DNA from: Histomonas meleagridis 2922-C6/04-290x
Lineage: Eukaryota > Protista > Parabasalia
Direction: 5' to 3'
Length of the DNA stretch: 47,141 nt
Assembly: GCA_020184695.1 (NCBI GenBank)
Contig: JAANOX010000204.1
Span: 1 to 47,141, forward strand
Shown piece by piece: positions 24,001-36,000 of this stretch (positions are counted from its first letter, which is position 1; every line of letters begins with the position of its first letter). The translations under genes were made by a program, and so were the position numbers. The notes below the pieces were generated by a model. It made no database searches, was not told where the DNA came from, and saw only the letters and a list, made by a program, of their open reading frames with translations.

Positions 24001-27000
24001 TGAGACGCAGTGTGAGGACTGACAGGTGGTGGTGGACTGACGAGGGTGGCAGGTGAGAGGCCCAGGTGGGTGGAGACTGAGGCAGGTGAGGCTCCAGGTG
24101 CGTGTGGAGGCCTGAGGTGTGTGGAGCTCAGGTGTGTGGTACTCAGGTGAGGTTCAGTGTGTGGCACCCAGGCGTGGTGAGACCCAGGCAGTGGTGGCAG
24201 GACCCAGGCGTGGTGGACCATCAGGCAGGAGACCCAGGGCAGGCGTGATGACCAGGTGGTGAGCACCCAGGCGCGAGGCGCTTAGGTGGTGGTGGAGGCA
24301 CCCAGGCAGTGTGGCACCCAGGTGGTGGTGCACTCCAGGCGTGCAGTGGAGGCTCAGGTGTGCACTCCAGGTGGTGGTGACTCGCAGCGCAAGTGGCACG
24401 CCCAGGTGGCAGGTGAGCACCCAGGTGGCAGGAGAACCCAGGCAGTGAGGACCCAGGCGTGGGTGGAGCACCCAGGCAAGGTGGAGACGCAGGCAGCAGG
24501 AGACTGCAGGCGTGAGCACGCAGGGCGCGTGGCGCCCAGGCAAGGTGTGACGCAGGGCAGAGACCAGGTGGTGGTGCGACTCCAGGTGCGTGAGACTCAG
24601 GCAGCAGGAGTGGCACCCAGTGGTGGTGAGCGCCAGGTAGGGAGATCCAGGCAGTGATGACCCAGGCAGAGACCAGGCAGGACCTCAGTGCAGGCAGTGG
24701 TGGAGCACGCAGGTGCAGGAGACTGAGGGCGTGTGCGGCACTCCAGGTGTGAGTGGCTCGCAGGTGGCAGTGGCACTCAGGCGTGGCGGCTCTGAGGCAG
24801 TGGTGGAGTACTCAGTGTGCGTGTAGCCAGCGTGATGGCAATCCAGGCGAGAACCAGGCAGCTAACCAGGTGGCAGTGAGACTGAGGCAGAGACCAGGCA
24901 TGGTGCAGAATCTGTGGCAGGAGGACTCCAGTGGTGGTGAGACGCAGGTGGTGGTGGCACCCAGGTGTGACACCCAGTGGTGGTGGAGACCAGGTGGTGA
25001 GTGACCCAGCAGGTGAGACCCAGCAGCGAGGATCAGAGGTGGTGAGCACCAGTGTGGAGCACGAGGCAGGTGGAGACCAGGTGGTGGAGGCCCAGGTGGT
25101 GGCACTGCAGCGTGGTGGCACCCAGGCGTGGCAGACCAGGTGGTGGCACGAGGCATGAGACCAGGTGTGTGGCAATCCAGGCAGTGGTGGCACCCAGGTG
25201 TGGCAGCAGGCGTCTAGTGGTGGTGAGCACTGGCAGGGTGTGATGGACAGGCAGGAGGCCCAGGGTGAGCAGGAGGGCGAGGCAGTGGTGGAGACTGCAG
25301 GTGGTGGTGGGAGGCACTCAGGTGGTGGTGGACTCAGGTGTGCAGCGGCACCAGGCGTGTGGCACTCCAGGCGCGTGAGCGCGCAGTGTGGCACCTTGAG
25401 GTGGAGTGGCGCAGGTGTGGTATAATCCAGGTAGGAGACTCAGGCAGTGGGTGCAGGCCCAGGCAGCAGTGGCACTCAGGGCGGAGGACCCAGGCAGGCA
25501 GACCCAGGCGGGCAGGTGAGCACCCAGGCAGCAGGAGCACCCAGTGCGGTGGAGGCTCAGGCAGGTGAGACCCAGGTGGCAGCAAGATCCAGGTGGCGGA
25601 GCACAGGCAGTGACACTCCAGGTGGCGGTGCTCAGGCAGTGGTGAGGCACCAGGTGTGGTGGCACTCCAGGTGCGTGGCGCTCCAGCGTGGCACCCAGGC
25701 GGGCAAGTGGCACCAGGTGCAGTATGGAGTGCCCAGGCAGCAGGTGGAGCGACCCAGGCGGTGCAGTGAGGACTCAGAGTGGCGGCAGTGAGACAACTTA
25801 GGCAAGTGGTGCAGAGACACCAGGCAGGAGGCCCAGGCAGGTGTGGCAGCCCAGGCGGCAGGAGGCGCAGGCGTGGTGGAGACTCAGGCAGGTGGAGGCA
25901 CTTAGGTGGCAGGAGCACTGAGAGTGTGGTGGTGGAGCACTCCAGGGCAGGTAGAGACTCGAGGCAGTGGCACCAGTGGTGCAGAGCACCCAGGCAAGGT
26001 GGAGGCACGCAGGTGGCGTGGGAGACTCAGGCAGGATGGAGACTCAGGTGGGTGGTGGAGACCCAGGTGGCGGTGGTGGTGGCTCAGGCGGTGGCGCGCG
26101 CAGGCGTGAGCACCCCAGTGCGTGGCACCCAGGTGGCACCAGGCGTGTGGCACCAGTGCAGTGGCAGTCCAGGTGCAGGTGGCACCCAGGCAGGTGGGAG
26201 TGACCCAGGCAGGTGAGTATGAACTGAGGGCAGGATGCACTCAGGCAGGTGGTGACGAGGTGGAGGCGCAGGGTGGTGGAGGGCTCAGGTGAGTACTCAG
26301 GTGGTGGAGACGCAGGTGGTGGCGAGGCCCAGGTGTGGTGGCACTCGCAGTGTGTGCCTAGGCAGTGGTGGCGACCCAGGCAGGTGAGCACCCAGTGCAT
26401 GGTGTGGCACCCAGGCAGGAGGAGCGCTAGGCGTGGTGGCAGACTCCAGGCAGGTGAGTGCAGGCAGGTGAGGCGCAGGCAGGCACCCAGGTGGTGGCGA
26501 CGCAGGGCAGGTGGAGCACGAGGTGGTGGTGAGTCAGGCAGTGAGGCCTGAGGCAGGTGGTGGTAGGTACAGGTGGTGAGCACTCAGGTGCGTGTGCAGC
26601 CCAGGCACGTGAGCACTGAGGCAGTGGTGAATCAGGCAAGTGAGAATGCAGGCAGCGCAGTGAGGCCCAGGCGTGGGAGGCCGCAGGCAGGCAGTGGAGG
26701 CCAGGTGTGGAGTGGAGACTCAGGTGGTGGAGGCCAGGTGTGAGCCCAGGCAGCGTGGTGGCCAGGCAGGCACCAGGCGTGTGATGACCCAGGTGGTGGT
26801 GGCACCCAGTGGCGGTGGAGGCCCAGGCAGTGGTGAGGACCAGGGCGAGACCAGGTGAGAACCCAGGTGGTGGCACCCAGGCAGTGGGAGACTCCAGGCA
26901 GGTGGAGACCCAGGTGTGGTGGAGACCCAGGTGTGTGGCACCCAGCGTGGCACCCAGGTAGGTGGCACCCAGGGTGGTGGTGGAGACCCAGGTGGTGTGG

Positions 27001-30000
27001 ACACGAGGTGAGACTCGCAGGCAGGGAGACCCAGCGTGGCACCCAGGTGCAGGTGGCAGGCCCAGTGTGGCAGTGTGGCACCCAGGTGGCGTGGCACCAG
27101 GCAGAGCTGCAGACCCAGGCAGGTGGAGGCTCAGGTGCAGGAGGACCCAGGCGTGGTGGAGGCACGCAGGGTGGTGGAGACTCCAGGCAAGCGGTGGTGG
27201 GACCCAGGTGCAGGAGGTACCAGGTGGTGGCGAGACCCAGGGCAGGTGGAGGCACCAGGTGGTGAGACCAGGCAGGCAGAGACAGAGGCATGGTGGAGAA
27301 CCCAGGCATGATGGTCACTCAGTGGCGTGGAGACCCAGGGCAGGAGACCCAGTGTGTGGAGGCTCAGGGGTGTGGCGACCCAGGTGGTGGTGGAGGACTC
27401 CAGGTGCAGAGGCTCAGGCAGTGGTGAGTACCCAGGTGGTGGTGACACTCAGGTGGTGGAGCCCAGGCGTGATAACGAGGCAGTGGAGGTCCAGGCAGGT
27501 GGAGACCCAGGCAGGCTGGAGACGAGGCAGAGTGGAGACCCAGGGCAGGTGAGGCCCAGGCGTGGAGGCACCAGGTGGCAGGCACCAGTGGTGAGGCACT
27601 CAGTGTGCGGGACTCAGGCTGGTGAGCACCCAGGCGTGGTGGCACCCGAGGCAGGTGGAGACCCAGGCAGTGGAAGACCAGGCGTGGATGGTCCCAGGTG
27701 GCAGGTGAGGACTCAGGTGGTGGTGGAGACCGCAGCGTGGCAGTGGAGACACTCAGGTGGGTGGGAGGCCCAGGCAGGTGGAGGCTCAGGTGTGAGTACA
27801 GGCATGAGGCCCAGGCAGGGTGGAGGCTCAGGCGGTGGAGTGGCAGTGCAGTGGAGACTCAGGCAGCAGGAGCCCAGGCGGGTGGAGACTGAGGCAGGAG
27901 CGCCCAGTGGCGTGGAGGCCAGGCGTGCAGGCCCAGGAGTGGCAGGTGGTGGAGACCCAGGCAGAGACGCAGTGTGGTGGCACCCCAGGTAGGTGTGGAG
28001 ACCCCAGGTGGTGTGGAGGCTCAGGTGTGGCACTCAGGTGGTGTGGACACCAGGCGGTGTGGACCCCAGTCAGGTGGTGGTACCAGGCAGCAGGGAGGCG
28101 CGTGCGGAGGCCATGCTGCAGAGACCCAGTGTGCAGTGAGGACCCAGGCAGGTGGAGACCCAGGTGCAGGTGAGCACTCAGGCGTGGTGGAGACACCAGG
28201 CAGGCGAGGACCCAGGCAGGTGGCACCCAGGTGTGCAGGTACCCAGGAGTGGCACCAGGTGGTGGTGAGGCACCCAGGCAGTGGCCCAGGTGGAGACCAG
28301 TAGGGAGGGACCAGGCAGGAGACCCAGGTGGTGTGAGGCCAGGTGGTGTGGAGACCCAGGCAGCATGATACGCAGGCGAGGGACCAGGTAGGCGTGGGAG
28401 ACCCAGGCAAGGTGGACACCAGGCGAGTGGTGAGACCCAGGCAGCGTGGAGACCCAGGTGGTGAGACCAGGCAGGCGTGAGACTCAGGGTGGGACTGCAG
28501 GTGGAGGACGACCAGGTGGTGGCACCCAGGTGTGGTGGCACCCAGGTGTGAGACTCAGGCAGTGTGCAGGCCCAGGGTGGCAGGAGACCCAGGGTGGTCA
28601 GAGACCAGGTGGTGGAGACTCAGGTGGCAGGTGGAGGCCTAGGCAGGTAGGACTGCAGTGTGTGAGGTCAGTGGTGGTGAGACCCAGGTCAGTGGTGGTG
28701 ACTCAGGTGTGGAGGCCGTGCAGGTGTGGCACCAGGTGCGTGGTGTGGAGGCTCCAGGTGCAGTGGCACCCAGATGGTGAGACCTCAGGAGGGTGAGACC
28801 CAGGTGGTGGGGAACCAGGCAGAGACCAGGCAGGTGGACCCAGGTGGATGACACCCAGTGCGTGGCGGGTGCGGTGACACTCAGGTGGTGGCACCCAGGC
28901 AGGTGCGCGACTCAGGGTGGCGTGGAGTCGCAGGTGCGTGAGGCCCAGTGGTGGCACTCAGGTGGCACCCAGGCAGTGCGACTCCAGGCATGGAGAACCC
29001 AGCGTGATCGAGCGTGAGCACGAGGCAGGATGACCCAGGTGGATGATCGCAGGTGGTGGCTAACCAGGCGCAGGCGGCGCTCAGGTGGTGGCGGCGTACA
29101 GTGGTGGCTGCGGCTGCGGTGCGAGGGCTAGGTGGAAATGCGGCAGGCTGCGAGCTGAGGCGTGCAGCCCAGTGGCTGCGAGCGCGGTGTGGTGGATCAC
29201 GTGGAGTGAGCACCCAGCTGGTGGAGCACTCCAGGGTGGTGTGGAGGCTAGGTGGTGAGTGCAGGCTGAGCCCAGGTGATGAGACCCAGCGCGTGGCAAA
29301 ACTCAGGTGTGCGGCGACCCAGGGCAGGTGAGACCCAGGCAGGTGGAGTGATGCACTCAGGCGGCGTGGAGACCCAGGCAGTGGCACCCAGGCAGTGATG
29401 GCAGGCAGACTCAGTGGTGTGGCACCCAGGCAGGTGGCACCCAGGTGCAGCAGTCGTGAGCACCCAGGTGCGTGGCACCCAGGTGCGTGGACTCCAGGTG
29501 GCACTCAGGCAGGTGCAGACTCCAGGCAGCGAGGCCCCAGGCGGTGAGTGCACCAGCAGGTGGTGGAGGACTCAGGTGGCAGGCAGCACCAGGTGGTGAG
29601 GCGCAGGGCGGTGGAGACCAGGCGGTGGAGACCCGAGGTGGCAGGTGGCACCCAGGCGTGGGGCAGGCGCATGGCACTCAGGTGGTGGCACCATGGTGCG
29701 GAGACCCAGGTGGCAGGCATGCAGGCGCAGGCGTGGAGACCCAGGCGTGGTGGAGCACTCCAGGTGCGTGGAGGCACTGAGGTGCAGTGAGCACTCAGGT
29801 GCGTGGAGCACTCAGGCGTGGTGAGACCCAGCGTGCGTGGCACCCAGGCAGTGTGGCACCTGTGCGCGCGGCAGCTCAGTGCGGCGGCAGCCCAGGCGTG
29901 GCATAACCAGGCGTGGTGATACCCAGGTGGCAGTGGAGTGGCTCAGGTAGTGGTGGACCCAGGTGGTGGTGGGCACTCAGGTGTGGAGGCCCAGGCAGGT

Positions 30001-33000
30001 GGAGTGGTGCAGGTGATGGCTCAGGTGTGGTGGCACCCAGTGTGCAGGGCACCCAGGCGCAGTGGAGACCCAGGTGGCAGGTGCGCATGACCCCAGGCAA
30101 GTGCAGAGAGCCCGCAGGCAGGAGACCCAGGCAGGGCGAGCACCCAGGTGGTGGAGGCGACAGGGCAGGTGGCAGCGACTCAGGTGTGTGATGACTCAGT
30201 GTGGTGGTGGTAGGCGACCCAGGTGTGGCGACCCAGGTGGCGGACACTCCAGGTGTGTGAGCACCAGCGTGCAGGAAACCCAGTGGTGCGCGACCCAGGC
30301 GGCAGTGATGGGAACCCACGGGCAGTGAGACCAGGCAGTGGTGGAGCACTCCAGGTGGCAGACTCAGGTGGCAGAGGCCCAGGTGGTGGCACCCAGGTGG
30401 CACCGCAAGTGTGTGGCACGAGTGAGTGGCACTCAGGTGGTGGAGACCCAGGTGGCCAGGTGGAGTACCCCAGGCAGGCACCCAGGTGGCTGGATGCAGG
30501 CGCAGGAGACTTAGGCGTGGGTGGCAGACCCAGGGTGGCAGTGGAGTGACCCAGCAGGTGGAGACACTGCAGGCAGGTGGGAGACCCAGAGGCAGTGGAG
30601 ACCTGAGGCAGTGAGACCAGGTGGTGGTGAGTGACCCAGGCGTGGCACCCAGTGGTGGCACCCAGGTGGTGGTGGCAGGACCCAGGTGTGTGGCACTCAG
30701 TGTGTGGCACCCAGGTGGCTGAGGCATCCAGGCGTGGTAGACCAGGCAGGTGTGACTCAGGCAGGAGAACCCAGGTGGTGGAGGCTCAGGCAGCCCAGTG
30801 GTGAGCACCAGGCAGTGGTGGCACCCAGTGTGGTGGAGGCGAGGTGCGAGGCACCCAGTGGTGAGCACCAGTGGTGGCGTCAGCGTATAACCCAGGCGGC
30901 GAGAACCAGGTGGAGTGAGGCCCAGCGGGCAGGAGGCCCAGGCTGGCGTAGGTGGAGGCTCAGGCAGGTGGCGACCCAGGCGTGGTGGAACTCCAGGTGC
31001 GTGACGACCAGTGTGGTGCAGACTGCAGGCGTGGTAGGCAGTGCGACCCAGGTGCGTGGAGAACCCAGGCGAGAGACCCAGGTGGCAGTGGAGACTCAGG
31101 CAGTGGGCAGACCAGGCAGAGGCCAGGTGTGAGACTCAGGTGGTGGAGCCTCGCAAAGGGTGGTGGAGCACCCAGGTGGTGTGGCACCCAGGTGTGTGCA
31201 GGCTCAGTGCGTGGAGACCAGGTGGCAGCACCAGGTGTGTGAGCACCCAGGCAGGTGGAGAACCCAGGCGAGTGGAGTGACCCAGGCAGTGGCAGGACCC
31301 AGGCAGAGACCAGGTGGCAGGAGGACTGCAGGCTCAGGTGGGACCAGTGCGCAGCCCAGGTGGTGGACTCAGTGTGGCACCAGGCAGGTGGCACCCAGTG
31401 CAGGTGGCGCACCCAGGCTGGTCAGGGTGGCACCCAGGTGCAGTGAGACCCAGGTGCAGTGAGACCCAGGTGGATGGAGACCCAGGTGCATGCAGGCTGG
31501 TGGACACTCAGGCGGGTAGGTGGAGACCAGGCGGTGCAGCCCAGCGTGGTGGTGGCACCTCAGGTGCGTGGCACTCAGGTGCGTGGCACCCAGTGCGCAC
31601 CCAGGCGACACTCAGGTGTGCGGCACCCAGTGTGCAGACACCCAGGTGCGTGCAGACTGGCGGGCAGGTGCGGTGGCACCCAGGTGCAGGTGATAGGCAG
31701 GTGGGAGACCCAGTAGGGAGCACCAGGTAGGAGACCCAGGTGCAGTGGTGGAGGACCCAGTGTGTGTGGCACCCAGGCGCGAGGTCAGGCCAGCGTGGTG
31801 GCTACCAGGCAGGTGGCTACCCCAGTGTAGGTGACCTCAGGTGGTGGTAGACGCAGTGCGTGGCACCCAGCGCAGCACCCAGGCGCGTGAGCAACCCAGG
31901 GCGTGGAGACCCAGGTGGACCCAGGTGGGCACCCAGGCGGTGTGCACCCAGGTGCGGTGGCACCCAGCGTGTGCACCCAGGCGTGTGGTGATCGCAGGTG
32001 GTGAGGCACTCAGGCGTGGATACCCAGGTGGTGGCACCCAGGTGTGGAGACTCAGGTGCAGAGACCCAGGTGTGGCAACCCAGTGGTGGCATGACCCAGG
32101 CGGGCAGTGGCCGAGGCTAGGTGAGACCCAGGTGGTGAGCACGAGGTGGCCCAGGTGGTGGACCCAGTGGTGGCACTCAGGTGGTGTGGAGACGCAGGGT
32201 GGTGGTGGCACCCAGTGGCTAGGTGGCAGAGGGCAGCGCAGGCACCAGGTGGGTGGAGACCCAGGCAGGCAGGGCCCAGGGCAGGTGATACGCAGAGACG
32301 CAGGCAGGTGGATGAACGAGGCGTGGAGACAGGCAGGATGACGCAGGTGGTGGCAGACCCAGGTGGTGGTGGCACGTGAGTGCGATACCCAGGTGGTGGC
32401 ACTCAGGCAGTGGGACCCAGGTGGTGGAGACTCAGTGGTGGCAGACTGCAGGTGTGGTGGCCCAGGCGTGGTGGTGACCCAGGTGGTAGTGAGATCCCAG
32501 GCAGGCAGAGACCAGGCAGCAGAGCCCAGGTGGTGAGGACCAGGTGAGGCAGTGTGGACACCAGTGGTGGTGGAGCACCCAGGTGTGGTGACTCGAGTGT
32601 GTGGCACCCAGGTGGTGGCACCCAGGTGGCGTGGCACCAGGTGTGGTGGCACCAGGTGTGGTGGCACCCAGGTGGGTGAGCACCCAGGTCGTGAGCAACC
32701 CATGGCACGCAGGTGGTGGACCCAGGTGCGGTGGAGAGCACCAGTGCGTGAGGCACGAGGTGGCGTGTGTGAGTGGCACTCAGGTGGTGGCACCCAGGTG
32801 TGGCACCAGGTGGTGGCACCCAGGTGGCAGTGGAGACCAGTGTGTGCAGGTGGCACCCAGTGTGGTGGCACGGTCCAGGCTGAGCCAGGTGCAGATGACC
32901 CAGGTGGCAGTATGACCCTAGGTCAGGTGGAGACCCAGGTGGTGAGCACTCCAGGGCAGGTGAGCACCCAGGTGGTGGCACCCAGGTCGGTGTGGCACCC

Positions 33001-36000
33001 AGGGTGTGGCACTCAGGTGCGTGGCACTCAGTGTGGCACCCAGGTGCGTGGTGAGCACCCAGTGTAGGCTGGATGACCATGTGGTGGTGGCACCAGTGCA
33101 GTGCGTGGCACCCAGGCGGGCAGGTGGCAGCCCAGTGTGGAGAACCCAGTGTGTGGCACCAGGTGGTGGCACTCCAGGTGGCGGTGGCACTGTGGCATCT
33201 CAGGCAGCATGTGCAGTGGCAGTGTGGAGCCCAGGTGGTGGAGACCCAGGCAGTGGCACTCAGGTGGCCTGCAGTGAGGACCCAGGTGGTGGAGTACCCA
33301 GGTGTGGTGAGCACCCAGGCAGTGGCACCCAGGCAGTGTATAACCCAGGCGGGCGGGGAGACCCAGGTGAGTGGCAAGTCGAGGTGGCAGTGAGACCCAG
33401 GTGTGGCGACCCAGGTGTGGTGGCACTCAGGTGTGGTGGCACCAGGTGCGTGGAGACTCAGTGGTGGCACCCAGGGCGGTGGCACCAGGCGGTGGCGCAC
33501 ATCCAGGTCAGGTGTGAGACCCAGGCAGTGGTAGCCCAGTGCATAACCAGCGCAGTGGTGGCGACCCAGGTGGCATGGTGACCAGGCGCAGTGTGTGAGA
33601 CTCAGGTGGCAGGGTGGCACCCAGTGGTAGTGGCTACCAGGTGTGGCACCCAGGTGTGGTGCAGAGTAGGCGTGGTCAGCAGTGTGCGCCGGTGTGTCAG
33701 GCAGGTGGCACCCAGGTGCGTGGCACCAGTGGTGGCTGAACCAGGCAGGTGAGCACTCAGGTGGAAACCCGAGGTGACACTCAGGGTGGCAGGTGTGACT
33801 CAGGTGGCAGTGGTGATCAGGTGGTGGCACCCAGGTGGCACTCAGTGTGGACACAGGTGGTGTGACGATGTGCGTGGTGGCACGTGGTGGGACCCAGGTG
33901 GCACCCAGGCGGTGTGGCACCCAGGTGGTGGCTAACTCAGGCAGTGGTGGCACCAGGTGCGGCACCCAGGTGGTGGTGGCACCGAGGCGGTGGCACCCAG
34001 GTGTGGGCACGCAGTGTGCAGGCTAGTGCGTGGCACCCAGGTGTGGTACCCAGGCTGAGGTGGCGCTCGGCAGGTGAGACCTCAGGATGAGACGTGAGGC
34101 GTGGTGCAGGAGACTCAGTGGTGGTGGGCTCAGGTGTGAGACCCAGTGGTGGAGACGCAGGTGGTGGAGCACGCAGTGTGGCAGTAGTGCGGTGGCCCAG
34201 TGTGGTACTCCAGTGTGTGGCACCAGGTGGTGGTGGCACTGCAGGTGGCACCCAGGCGGTGGCACCCAGGCAGTGAGACCCAGGCGTGAGACCTTAGGCG
34301 GTGGTGACCAGAGTGGTGAGCACCCAGGTGGAGGCTCAGGCAGTAGACTCAGTGGTAGGCACTCAGGTGGACCAGGTGGCACCAGTGTGGCACCCAGTGC
34401 GTGGCACCCAGGTGGCACGTGGTGGCAGCCCAGTGCAGTGGCACCCAGCGTGTGGCAACCCAGTGCGCAGGCAGATCCAGGCGAGGAGACCAGGGTGCAG
34501 GTACCCAGGTGGAGTACCAGGCGTGGAGACCAGGCGGTGGCACTCAGGCGGTGGCACCCAGGTGCGGCACTCAGCACTCAGGTGGTGGCACCAGTGGCAC
34601 TCAGTGCGTGGCAGAGCCCCAGCGTGCGGCACCCGCAGGGTGGCACCCCAGGCGTGAGACGCCCAGCAGTGGTATGATCCAGCGCACCAGGGCAGACTGC
34701 GGTGGTGGCACCCAGGGTGTGGCATCAGTGTAGCACCCAGTGCGACAGGTGGCGACACCAGGTGCAGCCCAGTGCGTGGCACTCAGGCGCGTGGCCCAGT
34801 GGTGGCAACCCAGGTGCTGGCGCCCAGCGTGTGGCACCCAGGTGGTGGAGCACCCAGTGCAGTAGACCCAGTGCAGTGGCACCCAGGGCGTGGTAAGTGC
34901 GTGGCGCCAGGTGTGGTACTCAGGCGTGGCACCAGTGCGTGTGTGCACCCAGCGGCACGAGACTCCAGGTGGTGCAGCGCAGGTGGTACCCAGGCAGCGC
35001 ACCAGGTGGCATGGCACCCAGTGCAGGTGGCGACGCAGTGGTGGCAGGTGGTGGTGGCAGGTGGTGTGGCTCCAGGTGTGGTGGCACGCAGGTGTGGCAC
35101 ACGCAGGTGTGGCACCCGGTGTGTGGCACCCAGTGTGGTGGCACCCAGGCGAGTGGCACCCAGGCAGGTGCACCCAGGCGCATGGGACCCAGGTGCAGAG
35201 CAGCCCAGGGCAGGTGACCCAGGTGAGGACCAGGGTGGCAGTGCACGGCAGGTGGCACCAGGTGCAGGTGGACGCAGTGTGGTGACTCAGGGTGTGGCAC
35301 CCAGTGCGTGGCACCCAGGCGGTGGCATCCAGTGATGGCACCCAGGTGGGCAACCATGTGTGGCAGGTGACACTCAGGCAGTGTAAGAACTCCAGTGGCA
35401 GGGAGCCCAGGGAGTGGTGGAGACCTAGGCAGGAGACCCAGGCGTGAGTGGCACCGGCACTCAGGTGCGGCACCCAGGTGCGTGGCACCCAGGTGTGGCA
35501 CCCAGGTGCGTGGCACCCAGGCGTGTGGCACCCAGGCGTGTGTGGCGAACCTGCAGTGGTGATAATCAGGCTGATAATCAGTGAGACTGTGGCACTCAGT
35601 GTGGCAGGCACCCATGTGGTGGCACCCAGGCAGGTGGCACTCAGGTGGTGGTGGCACCCAGGCGTGGCAAGTGGCAGCCAGTGTGGAGACCTCAGGCAGG
35701 TGACACCCAGGTGCAGTGGTCAGGCACTCAGGTGTGTGGCGACCCAGCGTGTGGTGGCTCCAGGTGTGGCAGACCAGGTGTGTGGCAGGGAGCACTGCAG
35801 GGTGGTGGAGACTCCAGGTGTGGGGCACCCAGGTGCGCGACCCAGTGTGCACGCAGGTGTGAGGCACCCAGGTGGCGTGGCACCCAGGCGTGGTGAGTGT
35901 CTCAGGCGTGGCGAACCCAGGTGCGCACGTGTGGTGGCACCCAGTGGCAGGAGACCAGTGGCGAGCAGGGCAAAGAGATCCAGGCGTCGAGTGCGGCACC

